Assembly: GCA_973895155.1 (NCBI GenBank)
Contig: OZ316894.1
Location: forward strand, 5,294,944-5,358,943
Length of the DNA stretch: 64,000 bases
Source of the DNA: Marsupella aquatica
Taxonomy: Eukaryota; Plantae; Marchantiophyta
Direction: 5' to 3'
The notes under the pieces were generated by a model that had not been told where the DNA came from, made no database searches, and saw only the letters and a program-made list of their open reading frames with translations. This document shows, in pieces, positions 1 to 13,078 of the stretch. Made by a program: the position numbers and the translations under genes. The stretch's first letter is position 1. Every line of letters starts with the position of its first letter.

Positions 1-2648
1 GGTCGGAATTGTGCATAGTTAATACGACCACCGACTTGGATCTCTCCTCGATCCATATACATCAGGAGCTCCAGAGGTCTAGAGTGGGACCGACCTGAAT
101 ACAAACTGAACAGTTTGCTTTGCGTAGAACAAGGGAATGTTGATGTAAATGGTGACAATTTAGTCTAAGATAAAACTGCGCATTGGTCACGCTGGCTAAA
201 AGAGGAAACTAGGTCGATCCTCCGTCTCTTCTTTCCCCTGGACTGCTGTGACTTCTGCAATTGCACATTCGAGATAATATCCGAACACATTGTTAGTGAT
301 CTCTGTCTCACAGCATGTGTGGTATGAAGACGACATAATTGTTCGCACTTGCGGGTGGACGACAGGGAATGCACGATGCAGTCGAGGTGGCAGAGAGACA
401 TTACTCAAAAACAAAAGCGGCGAACGACAATGGAATTTGAGGTGGGAAATGGACGAAGACATCTGTTTTTGAACACTGTCTGCCTCCGTCCAACGAGCCT
501 TTCTGAGCTCCAGAGATTCGGAGGTGAGGGTGAAGGTTGATCAGGGAACGACTTATTGAGAAGGTTGATCAGTTCATTAGAGATCAAAAATAAGTCACTG
601 TTTGGTCAGTTTCCTTCGGTACTCAAGGATCAGCCGGGCTGTCAACAGGTGAATAGCGTGATTAACTGAAATCTTCTGTAGATGAGCTTGCAAACCATAG
701 CTCTTCACGAATTGGGTGTCTAGCAGTCATCCCTATTGAACAGGCCCAAACGAAGTGGGGAACAACATCACGCGAAAATGAACCCAAAACGCACAATTTT
801 TGTGGCTAACCAAGAGCTAGAAGTATCGTGCAATACCTGATGAACGCGTTTTCTGGTTTCTCAAGCTCACGTAAAAAAATCGACCGTCCCACAGCACAGT
901 GAAGTTGACCTTGTCGAGGCCGTTCACGTCCCTTCAATATCATCAGTCGTCCGCACTGTAGAACAATTGGAAATCAGAAGGAATCACGAAAAGATAGAAG
1001 CAACTGACGATAATCTGATGCCACACGGTCACCTGGTACACCGGTTCTAATCCTAGAGCCTAGCGAAAGCCTGCAGAACAAGTGTGGACGGCTTGCATTG
1101 TGTGATGTTTGTACGAGAACAATTCCTTGGGATTGTGTGACTTTTGGTGCTTGGACCGATTGACCTGGCTTTAAAGTTTACCCTTCTAATGCTCATCCTA
1201 CCAAGTCAGCACTTGAAGGAATTGTAAACTATGAATTTTCCTAGGGGCCCACCGTCCAGCGAAGCTATGCCGGCCCTACTGAGGAGTCCACCGAGGGACC
1301 ATAGCGACTGTAAACCTGACGTGTTGAGTTTGTTCCCTTTTGCATTAGGTCGCCTGTTTGACTTGAACGAAAGGAAGGTTGCCCCTGCAGCAATCGGTTT
1401 TAGTGGACGAGAGATTTTTTTACATGATGATATAAGTTGAACTTTGTTGAACTGATGGATAATTTACAAGACCAAGCTAACTTGGAAAGTTGGTCAGTCC
1501 GGGTATTTTGCTCTTGCAACTTGAGAGCTTGTTGATATCAAGAATCATCTACAACCTTGTTTTGTAGACGATTAGCAGGTTGCAGTGTGTTCAGATCCGG
1601 CCACATCCATTTGTAGATTAAAATAGATTTCAAATCTTGTGCAATTTTGGCGGACAGCATTTCACACGTAGAATCGAAGGCAGATGCATGATGGATATCG
1701 ATGTAATATTCGGGTAGAGCTCATGAAAACACCTGCCAATTTTAAAGCAATTTGTTCAAAATTAAGGAGGCATATTTGGGTTTTCTTCCGGAACTTCTCC
1801 ATAGGAATACGAACTTAATGGATAGAAATTTGCAGGGCTTCAATCATTCCACAGCTTTGGTCAAGGAAAATTGCTGCTTGGAAATTTTTGCGTGTGGAAA
1901 TACAGTTTCTGAGAAGGGACAAGATTGAATTTCAATATTTCTGTCACCCACAAATTTTGCTGCATACCATCACCAGAATTGAGCCAGAGATATGCAAAAT
2001 GTGGAATTCTGTAGATCAATTGAACCACATATCTCCTGCCCGAACTCGCATTTGAAAAGTTAGACATTGGAGAGTGACCATAACTTGTCACTACTTGACC
2101 TCTTGCCCAAGCATGACAAAAGCACCTAATGCTAATGCCAGTTGCTTTGGATGAAATCCTGATTGCGTTAGTGAAGGGAGAGGAAATGGGAGACTGCACC
2201 ATCCACTCGGGCATTCACTCATCGCGGAGATTGTACCTTATTTTATTTCAGCATCCTCTGCGTTAGCTTCGTCTGCCGCTTCATGAAATGCGGACACGCA
2301 GTTCAAGACCTAGGGGTTTGGAAAAGGAGACACAACTCAAAATGACCTTCACTATCAGCTATGTATTGGTACTGCGATTGCCGTCGTAGCCACTTTCAGT
2401 AGAGATGTCCAAGCACTAAGGGCAGTGTTGTACTTCGTGGCACAGAAGTAGGCGACCATTGATTGACTATAAACTTAGACTGCCACAAATGGACTCAATC
2501 CGGGGTGAAAGGAAGACACTATTCATTTGGATCTCATCTGAGCACTGGTGGCTGCGGGAACTGGGAAACATGTACACCTATCCTCGTGAACGTTGTATGC
2601 AAGGACTCGACTGCCAGAGTCCACCCTGGAAGAAATGTAATTACCATC
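1..2648. repeat. Segmental-duplication block A, copy 1 (paralogous to 13079-15750 and, for its first ~1540 bp, to 56408-57965)
   Basis: Colinear near-identical sequence: ggtcggaattgtgc at 1, ggtcggtattgtgc at 13079, ggtcggaattgtgc at 56408. The same short ORF fragments (e.g. LLVISVSQHVW.EDDIIVRTCG) recur in all three copies. Confidence 0.93.
2475..2648 (-). pseudogene. 3' remnant of the F-box gene (paralogue of 15566-15740)
   Basis: The minus strand reads DGNYISSRVDSGSRVLAYNVHEDRCTCFPVPAATSAQMRSK*IVSSFHPGLSPFVAV*, colinear with the C-terminus of the F-box pseudogene. The rest of the gene is absent here. Confidence 0.75.
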
Positions 2649-5200
2649 GCAGGGTTGGTGATGACTTTCTGGTCAAATTCGTGGAGGCCTCTGTTCTCAT
2701 GGTGGTTGTTAGTAACCCACCTAGCCTGTGTTGTGCTCATGGTGGTTGTTAGTAACCCACCTAGCCTCTGTTGTTCTCAGGGTGGTTTGTTAGGAACCCA
2801 CCTAGCCTGTGTGCTCTTGAGCAGAAGTGAGATGGCCAGGCAATTGCATACTGCCTGGAGTAGGTGAGCTGTATGGCAAGTGGATTTCAATTAGTGTGCA
2901 AGTTGCAAGGAAAGTGATGGGTTGGACATGGAAATGGTGCACCCTACAGTGGGAGAGATATGCTTTTCTTGAAAAAGTTTGCTTAATCAACCCCCTCTAT
3001 ACTTTTCTCCAATCTGGACTGTTGATGGACCTTTCAATCTCAGATCTGGACCGTTCATAGACCTCAGGGGATCGATCAAGTAACAACTTTCATTTTGGGG
3101 GTTGATCAAGCAAATACCTCCCTACAGTGGCCCCTGAGGTTACCTTTCATAGTTAGGAAAAGATGTCCCATGAAATTCCTTCTCATGGTTAAGGAAAAGA
3201 TGTCAGTGTAATGCAACCTCACCTTACTCCAACTGCCAAGGAGGCTTCCCACCAGATGACATTTTGTAGAGCACACTTTGAGAAAGAAATAGTAGGATTG
3301 CACATTGTAGTGTTTAGAAAGATACGATTTCATATACTCTGAGTCCCTTTAATTTTCAGGCACTCTCTCGTGAGTTCCCTATCAGTCAAATTATCACTCA
3401 CTCCCCATCAGCTGTCTTGCTTGTTTAGAAAACTCTATCAGGCACTTCCCACTAGGCAAATTTCTTCTGGGCTGATCTTGCTGAATTGCCTTTCTTTCAG
3501 TAGTCTTGCCAAAGAGGAAAATTCCACTCAGCTGATCTTGCTGACTCATTGTTTTGCTTGGCGGCCTCAATGACTGAACATTTCTAGGGGAAAGAATCCA
3601 CTTGTCCAAACTTGTTGATTCACTCCTTCAACTCGGCAGCCTCGCTGAGGAGGACGGTTCTTTACAAAAAGCACTGATGGAAAGACTGATACCCGATTCC
3701 AAAGATTGATAACTTAATGGGGTTATGACACTCAATGTCATGTTAGTTGGATCACTTGGTCTGGGGAGTAAGGACGAGTGGAAAGATAGCTGAACACCTG
3801 AATGACAAGTATGACCTATTGATCACTCAACCTGGCAATTAAAGATTTGCTCTGAAACCAAGCTGTGAAGCTACAAAGTACTCTGTACTTAATGTTTTGC
3901 GTGTTAAGTTGAAGCAGGTATGCCCTGTTGAGAGGTTTGGAAAATCCTCCCCATTTGTTGAGAAGAAATGAGCTGCCTCTAATATATCTTTTCAAGTTAG
4001 CAAAACCCTTGAAAGAGGCCTTGCTATCTGCATGGTTGACCAATTTCAGAGGAGAAACCAGCCAGATGTCTTAGGTTCTATTAAGTTTTTTTCCCAAATC
4101 CCATGAGATTTTTCATTATTTTTCTTGCAGCTTTTACATCACATGAGACATTACTCAAGACATTACTTTTGGTAGCCATGAACTCCAAAGGTTTTTACTT
4201 TGAATTCTGTTGAGTTTTGAACTCTTGGGATATCTGGTCTAAAAATATTTATAGTCGCAGACTCCAACAACAAAATCTAGATATTTGGCATTTGAGTTCA
4301 AACTCAATTACCTACTGTCTTCTGGGTCATTCAAGGGGGCATTCTCTTCAGATAGAAAGTTTGGATCTTCAATTTGAGTTTCAACAATAAGTTTGAAACA
4401 TTTTTTCTATTGTAGTCAAACTTACCCACCAACTTCCCCTGAACAGGTGGTCCAGGCCTTGTATTCAAATAGTGCATGAAGGGGGAGTTCTACTGAAATC
4501 CAAAGCCCTACCGTAGACCTTCTATTTGCCTTTTTTAAGCAGTAAGTTCTGGCAAGGATCATATAGAGCCCTGTTTAAATCATGGCTTAGAACTTTTCTA
4601 AATGACAGAGACAATGCAGTGTTTGTCTCACTACATTGAAGACAAACATTGCATGTGCAAAGATAACTTCATATACCAGGCCTATCCTCCAACACAAGGT
4701 CCAGGTGTTGTATTACGGGATAGCTCATGTTTTAAGAGATAAAACTTTTGTCAGACTCTGTGTTTCTGTATTTTTTCACCTCTACAATGCATGTTAACTT
4801 AAATCCAAAAATTTCAAATCCTCATTTCTATCAATTTTGGGAAAGAGGGGCTTTACCAGGCCCCTCTTGTGCCTTGTGGACTTGATGGGCACCAAAGATA
4901 AATTTTAGACTTAACCAGCCTGTCTGATTGTGCAATGTCCAAAGCAGTTGAGATGTTGGTACACCTCACACTTGAAAGAAGTCTACACCAGGTCCTTCTC
5001 CACTACGCAGGGTGCGACCACTTGACTCAGAGCACAACTCAATCTGAAGAATATATATTAAGCCTTGGTAGGACTTAATATTTTACTGGATTACAGGTTG
5101 GAGCTGAAAACTGTTTGGTGTGATCTAGCTATGAAGTTCAAGTTACTTAACAGAAAATGTTTTGTACATCTCCAACACTCAATCCTTTACACATACTCAA
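2649..5200. repeat. Segmental-duplication block B, copy 1 (paralogous to ~19052-22065)
   Basis: Colinear matches, e.g. ggatttcaattagtgtgcaagttg at ~2882 and ~19274, and the shared antisense ORF MVNHA.SKASFKGFANLKRYIRG at 4043 and 20238. Confidence 0.9.
2692..2812. repeat. 40-bp tandem repeat, 3 copies (2 copies at 19094-19175)
   Basis: The unit tgttctcatggtggttgttagtaacccacctagcctgtgt is read directly in the sequence. Confidence 0.9.
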
Positions 5201-5919
5201 AATGTTTTCCCAAACTACTCTAGTGCAGTTTTCTTTAAATCATTTGTCATTCTAAAATGTATACAACATCGATCCAGTCCATCAGTTTTTGGAATTGTCA
5301 ACCCCCTTCAAGAACAAAATTTATGGCTTGCTGACTAAAGAAAAGTGTCCGAATGTATAGTTTCCAGTTTGTGAAAAATTAATTGTCTACTGTTACCTTG
5401 CTGCTAGTGGGTTTACAGCCTTCTAGGGATATGTTCACTGTAGACACTTAATAGGGTTTTACATGAAATAAGAAGGTGAAATAGTTCCCACACATTGAGC
5501 TAAGCCTGAAAATGGGTATTTAACCATAATAAACCCAATTTACCATAAAAACTCCCTTGAATTCTAATAAGTTAAATCATCCAGTGAACTTGGGGATGAG
5601 CCAACCATAAATATGGCTGACTCATTCTTTAGATTGAAGATGGTTTTTTGCTTATTGAGAGGCCCTTTGGGTATGCTTTTTGTTGCAGTGACGGGGCATT
5701 AAGGCTGGAAAAAGAATCAGTTTTCCAGGAGGGGCAGAAAGATCCCTCATCTTGGAACCTGTTTGTGATGGAGTCAAGCATTGTGCACATGGTACCAATT
5801 TAATGGTTTATCTAAAGGACAAATGACCCGACTTTAGTGAAATTGCCCAGTGAGATAGGGCTTGATGTTGCTTCATGCCTGATGTTTGTTTTGTTTCCAC
5901 CTTGTTTTTTTCAGGAATT

Positions 5920-6261
5920 ATTTATCTTGCACTTTCAGGTGTAAATGCCCTTGACAGCCTTGTCCAAAATACAAACCCAAAACATGGGGAGGGCTTAATG
6001 GATCAATTAAATCAGTTGCATAAGACGTCCAGTACTCACCTGAAGAAGAGTTCATTATCAACTACCCTGAGAATACAGCGGGTGTGTGTCAATAGCATAG
6101 ACTGTGGACAATCTGGAAAATCCATCAGCACTGATGTATCAATCCTATAGTTCTTTGACAAATAGTCATGGGTATGCAGGAGAGCAAACATTACCTTCAC
6201 AGTTAAACAACAAAAAACTACATTTTCCAACCTTGAGTTTCTTCATGAATTGGACCTCAAG
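5920..6261. repeat. Segmental-duplication block C (paralogous to 57969-58313)
   Basis: tttatcttgcactttcaggt...gacctcaag is colinear in both places. Matching ORF fragments MDNLENPSALMYQS and MDNPDNLSALMYQS. Confidence 0.88.
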
Positions 6262-7029
6262 ACCTTTGCAAATTCAGAAAGAGTTTCTTCTTTAAAATGT
6301 GGTGCCTTTATCCCTGTCATCGATAAATCTATCATGACCCAAAGCAACTTTTGGGATTGGTGAGTACTGCAGTGCTGGGTGACACAACCCAACAATCAAA
6401 TCAACTCCTTTTAACATGACATTATGCAGTTGTTTTTTGGCTTCACACAAATCACCTCCTTTCCGCATGGCATTTTTGCAAACATTTTTTGGCTTTGCAT
6501 GGGTACTAACAGTGACACTTCGGACTTATGCAAATACTGAGGGAACATGCTTTTCCAATTCAGGATACCCTTCTATATAATCTTTGAATGTTATTGTCTA
6601 ACTACCTTACCTTACCAGCATAGCCAGCTAGATTACCAAAAACAAAGGCATATGAGAACGATGCATACTATGAGATACAATAGATTGAATCCATGCACAA
6701 CATCTGCTATATCTGTAAATTTCAACTGCGTAAGAGCCTTGTGCAATGTCATCAGGCAAGCATTACACACATGTTGAGCCCAAGGCAAAATCCCTTCAGT
6801 CAGCTCCCCCTGCAAACCTGGAAAGTATTGGAAGCATTATATTGGTATCTAAGATTTAAGTGGCCCATACTTTCCAGCTCCAAGTCATCAAGTGAGGGAC
6901 ACTTGCAGGTCCTTCACTTGAGCCAGTCCAGAGAGACTCCGTGTGCTAGCGAAGTGGTGTCTATTTGAGTTTTTCCGTAGTATGACAAAAACGTTTGCCA
7001 CCGCCACCAAACATTCCTTGCAATGGTAC

Positions 7030-10000
7030 TTATACCCGGCTGTCCTCAACAGGTGGTTTCCTTCCGTAACATCTAGTTCCGAAAATATCAGAGGACACAT
7101 ACGTCCAGCCCAAACTTTCCATTTTCGAGTCGTCAAGTAAGGGACACATTCTTACGAAAACTCGCATGCCCTCTGTTTTCGTTGTCTGGGACGACTGCTC
7201 TGCTTGCAACCTGAGCTCGTCACTTTGCTCCCCTTGTGGCACTGCCACTTGAACCGAGGACGACCTTCCCAAGCTTTCTGGCAGCGTCTTCAGTCTACTG
7301 CAATACCCAAGTGTGACTTCTTTCAGAGAAGAGAGTTGCCCCAAACTGTCCGGAAGGCTCTCCAACGTACGACAACTCAAGATGGTGAGCCCTTCTAGAG
7401 AAGAGAGAGTTCCAAGCTCATCCGGCAATGTGTCCAAACTCCCCAACCTCTCCAGACTCAGGGCCCTTAATGACGAAAGGCTACCCAAACCTGCCGGGAG
7501 GATCCGTGTCTCCCGCCCTGTGAGAGTTAGCTCATGTTCAAAGCACCGAAAGTGTTCAAAAAGGTCGGGTGCCTCCTCATGCCCATCACAATCAAATGCA
7601 ACCTCTTGCAATGATGGAATTTGTCCGATGCCATCGAGTAGGCTTCTCGCGTTCTTTCCCGCCGCAAGAGTCACTAGCTTCAGAGACTGAAACTGCCGTA
7701 CGCTCTCCGGCAGGCTTTCCAAGCTTGTTGACCGGATAGAGAATTCTTCCAGGGAAGACAGGGTTCCAAAATCGTCGGGCAGCCTCTCCAATTTAGAGCA
7801 CTGCAATATCAACCTTTGAAGAGACTTCAGACGGGAAAAGCTGTCTGGTAGGGTCTGCAGCTCATCAGCATCAAAAATGTCCAAGTCCTGCAGCTCAAGG
7901 AGCTGGCCGAAATCCTCTGGCAACCTCTTCAATCTCTTAGCGTTTCTGAGTCTCAATTCTCTCAAATTATGGAGCCCCCCCAAGCTCTCTGGCAGGCAGT
8001 CCAAGGTTGATGAATCAATTGACAACTCTTCGAGTGAGGAGAGCTTTCCTAAAGTGTCCGGCAACTCCTTCAACTGGGGGCATTTTAATTCGAAAGTTTT
8101 CAATGAAGAAAGCTCCTCCATACTTTCAGGAAGAAGCTTAGCAACCGAAGACTTGAAAGTCAAATCACGCAGTGCATACAAGTTACCCACACTCAGAGGG
8201 AGAGTCTCCACCCTGTCGACATCAAGCTCCAATTTCTCCAGTAGAGCAAGGTCCCCTAGGTTTCCGGGCAATATCTCCAATTTTGGACACACTATCGTTA
8301 ACTGGCGGAGAGACTTCAGAGTGCAGAAACTTTCAGGGAAAGTCTCTAGGTGCGCAGATGAAATGTACAATTCCTTCAGTGCCGTCCATTCAGCGAAATC
8401 GTCGGGCAAGCTCCTTAGTTGTCCAGTCGTGCTAATGTGAAGTAATTCTAGTCCCGACAGAAGGCTGAAGCTCGGAGGGAGCCTTTCCAGCGCCACGCCA
8501 TTCAAATACAGTACTCGTAGAGAGACTAAGTTGCCAAAAGCATCCCCCAACTCTTCGAAGCCATGGCACCACTGTATCCTTAATTGCTTGAGTCGCGAAA
8601 GCCGGGAGAACGACTGCGGTAGACACTTGATCAACGGGCACGCCGTGATGCGCATTTTTTCCAATGACGTGAGTGAACTGCCAAAGGAGTCAGGGAGACC
8701 TGCAAGCTCTTCACAGTAAAGAATTTCTAACGTTGCAAGGCGGGATAGATTCCCTAAGGATTCAGGTAACGCCAAAGATTTTATACCGAAAAGTACAAGA
8801 TGTTCGAGGGCTCGAAGGTTGCCAAGTGATTTCGGCAAAGTGAGAGACCATAGATTCTTCAACTCCAACCGTCTCAACCGAGATAGATTCCCAAAATTCT
8901 CAGGCAGATGGACCAAACCTTGTAGGTTAGATAGACACAAAATGCGCAGATTGGTCAGGTTCCCCAATGCTTCCGGAAACTCCTCTGGAATCCAAAAATC
9001 CTCTAGTTCCAGCACAGCCAAATTCTCCATTTTGTTGAGGCTCAGCTCGAACTTTGACAATTTCCATGGGTCACATCCGACAACCTGTAGAAGCGATATC
9101 TTCCTCGTGAGACCATTTCCCGAACCTTCTGTGGACACACGATCAAGATCTATGTATTTCAATCCCTCCAGTTTGGCCAGCGAATCCAACTGAAGGGTTC
9201 AAAACGATACCAGAGCCTCAAACATTTTGTCCTTACCTCCACCTGCACATTTAAGGGTAATTATTAAATGATTATTTCCTAGCTACAAGTAGTGGTTTAC
9301 TAAGAAGGCAAATATAAGGAAAGTAAATAGGGTTGAATTTTCTCTTCTAGCCTACCTTGCATGATTTTAACAGGTACATCAGTTGACTGTACTGGAAAGA
9401 ACAGTTACCTCCTTGTCATTCAACCGATCCACTGCTGAGGCTGATGATGCATCATCAGTAGCCAAAACCATGATGTCATTGGAAATAGTCTGAGCCAAGT
9501 CTCGAAGCTGCTCATGGACCCATACTCTGTTGTTGATTTCTTTCACCAATGACCTGCTCACTAAGTTCTCCCACGTTGTTTGCATAGTTTGCGTTAGACT
9601 GCTCCATGCGGCAAGGGCCCGGTCCAATGGCTTTTCGAAGAAATATGACGCAGCCTCTGTGAACATCTCCTGTTCCTCTGGTAACACCGCATCGTAACTT
9701 ATCCTCAAGGAAGCCCACACTCTGTCCCTCTTCTCCCCAGTTATGGCTTGTGCTTCTCTCAACCTCTCTAGAGCTTCTATCCACAATTGAACATTTCTTC
9801 CACTGAGGTAAGTGCCGATAACTTCCAACGTCAACGGCAACCCACCACATTTTTTTACCACTGCATTGACTTTGTCAATGAGAAAGTCTGGAACATCCTT
9901 CGATTCAAATGCATGATGGCAGAATAGAGTCTTTGCATCATCGTCTTTCAAAAACTCTACCTCATGGACAATGCAACCTTTATAATATTTGAAAACTTCT

Positions 10001-12830
10001 TTGTCACGGCTTGTCATGATAACACAACTGCCCGCTCCAAAGTGCTCCAATTTTGGTAGAACTTTGAGCTGATCCTGCGCATCTACGTCATCCATGGCAA
10101 TTAAAGCTTTCTTGCTGCGCAAATGCTGCCACTTGATTGAACCCTTGTCTGATTCCTGCCCATTGTGATGAAAGTGACTGAGAACCCGATCCTGCAATTC
10201 GTGTGATGGGATGCCTTTTACATTATCCACAAAGCACGTGTATTCAAAGTCTTTGGAAAGAATGTTAAATGCTTGCCTTGCAAGAGCGGTCTTGCCAATC
10301 CCACCCATGCCAAAAATTCCAAGAATAGCTCGACCAACAAGCTTCTCCTTCACATCCAAGGGGCGTCTCTGCAAATCAAGAGGGAAGTTTGGAAGCCCAT
10401 GAACTTCATGAATAGGCACTTCCACCTGAAGAGATCAAATAATTTGGATCAGAACACTCGGAATTATAGATAGCAACTACAGTGTTCATATGACAACAAT
10501 CATTCATGTTGAAGGCAACAATCATTCATGGTTGAAGCCAACAATATACGTAGTTGTAAATCATTTTGAAGGTGGAAGAATGGTGAACTATGAAGGTATT
10601 TAGTTTTCACAGGATGTGAACGTTTAAGGAATCACTGTTACCACCAGCCACCTAGATTGAGCCTATCCAATTTTGCATATATAGGAAAAGTTTTGTCAAG
10701 AAAAGCAACAGATTTTTGGTCTATAGCCCTGGGGGACTCTATCAGTCCCACTCAAAGGTAGACCTTTGATGTATCCTGAACCGGTCAACATCTGTGGTCT
10801 TGCCCAGCCAAATATTGACCAACTGGGATTGTAACAACTGGAAGTGCATTATCTCAATAACACTGAAGTTACCACAGACCCTCGATATAGAATTCAGAAC
10901 AATCCGTAGCCACTGTCAGGCAGTGGTGTACGTCAAAACTCTCTCTATATCTTTAGGAGGCTTGCTCTTTCTATCGAGTCCTATTGTTTTTCTCATAGCC
11001 AAGTGTTGCAATAGCGCATCCATGTTGGTTATGTACGTTAAGCGAAAATATAAATCTTCAGTGTCTGCTTCATCCTTAATTTCCAATTACATTTACCATC
11101 AACAACTACTCTGATTTTTGTTGTGGACATTTCAGTACATACTCTGACAAATGCTTGCAATTCAGCAATGATTTCACTACGAACACATCACAAAGCCTAA
11201 CTTAGGTGATGCGCTTAAAGTGACGAATTGGGTCCCAACTAACGGCTGCATAATCCTACCTTCATTTCGTCAACAACGTGCATCAGGAAGTCCTTGAGCT
11301 TGTGGAAGCTCCTTGAGGACTTGCTCCTTGCTCGACAAATGGAAAAATGGTCTGTTCCGTCTACAATATTAAAATTATACTTCCTCACAGATGCCTCAGG
11401 GCCCACCATGACTTCCCCATCCTGCCCATCAATGACCAAAGGTTGAACTTCATTAGATCACAACTATGTACTTGTCTCCATTCTAGGCTTCGAGAGCAGA
11501 CTTCTCAACACCTCATAGTTGGCAATCCACAGGAACAAGTGCTTCTAAATTACTCAAACATCAAACGTTAATACTGCAATCAGTAAAATGCCGCTGGATA
11601 CCATATGCTATAGAAGGTTGAATGCTCCGACAGCATTAATTGTTACTTCATGCAGAATACTACCAATGGCTACTCAATTACAACAGTAAGCAAAACGAAA
11701 TTTTGACTAAATGATTAGGTAGCAAACGCCCTTGTACCAAATTTGTAGGGCGACCTTCACCAAGTGATGCGAACTGCCACTCATAGACTTTCGGTGGCAT
11801 CAAATCGACCATTCAGCCGTTCCGTGTCTTTACTCAACGTTGTGAAGAACTTTAACAAAGCACCTCCGATTTTATCTGCCAGACGGTCTGCAGCAGGGCT
11901 TCCGTGATGAGGGGTAGCATAATCAAATACCCCTCTCATGCTGTTAACAAACTTCTCCAACTTCGCCCTCTGAAAATCTCGGCTCACTTGGAGTCTCTCA
12001 TGCGCTTGGCAACATAATTCTTTGATCACCAATCCTCCAATGGAGTGGCCTACCAATACAATTGGACAATTCGACTCTTGCCCAATGTTTGCCATCAGAA
12101 GATCTGAGATCAGGTTTTCCCCTAAATTGAACATATCAATGTCATCGTTTGAAATATTTCTTAGGATTCCACTGTAAGACACTGAGAATATCTGAGCTTC
12201 AGGAATCTCCTCAACCAACCACTGCTGCGGCCAGATGCAGGAGTCATCCTCACATTTCCATGTAGACAGATGTGGGTCTCTGCTGTTTGGCCCCAACTGG
12301 AGGCCATGGAAAAACACAACCTGTATGCTTGGTCTGCCTGCAGGCTTGTACAACTGGTACACGGAGTCATTCACCTGAGAAAACCAATCACAATGAGAAA
12401 AAAGGGACTGCGAATGTCACCAGTCGTGCTCCGCATGGATGACAGAGGCTCGACACGGCTTAAAAGCAACGTCTTAAACAGCTATAATGGAATTGCTAAG
12501 GTATGACTATAGTTATGCTCAAGTGCTTTCCAAATGGACTCATCTACAAAAACAAACCTAAAGCGATTTGGACAAATAGACTCAACGAAAAATCAAAAAA
12601 CCTCGAAGCCCGATTTCAGGGGATCTGGACTGTGTATTACCTGCAAAATTTGAGAAGACCCTTGCGGTCTGGATGAGGAGGCACCCAACATTGGGTTGCA
12701 AGGACTTAAGAGCTTTGGGGACAATCAATGGGCCGTAGCCACAAGGGACCCACAAATAAGTTTATGGAAGGCTACTGAGAATCACCGTCTTGATCTTCAG
12801 CGTCTTTCTCATATCATTTAGGAGACTCAT
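7030..12830 (-). pseudogene. alpha/beta-hydrolase-NB-ARC-LRR (HNL) immune receptor, copy 1, frameshifted
   Basis: Predicted GT-AG exons: 12830-12786, optional 12640-12602, 12374-11738, 11421-11260, 10425-9409, 9242-7030. Hydrolase motifs VFFHGL, GHSIGG, ATPHHGS, DHFSIC. NB-ARC motifs GMGGIGKT, LIAMDD, IMTSRD, GGLPL, VHE. About 25 LRRs. Relative to copy 2 there is a net 5-bp loss giving TGA at 11783-11781 and a 19-bp deletion near 9197. Confidence 0.88.
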
Positions 12831-13078
12831 CCACTCACTTAAAAGTAGAGCAAGTGGTGTACTCAGTTCAGGGCTCGGTACTGAATTGGAAGAAGACTAT
12901 TTGAGAAGTTCAGGACCTGTCCGGTAGAAGTTTGTGACCCAAGACTAGAAATAAATTTGACATTTTCATGTCATTGTGAACTGGAGCAAAGTATGAATTA
13001 CATATGCCAAAGTCTAATTTCAGGAAAACCGTTCTAAGAAGAATGCCGCACGTGTAAATCCGCAATGGTGACGTAGTT

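Noticed and set aside
7204-9193. Plus-strand ORFs of 60-220 aa over the LRR exons (also 50499-52518) and minus-strand ORFs over gag-pol
   Set aside because: Antisense shadows of long coding frames with no recognisable motifs.
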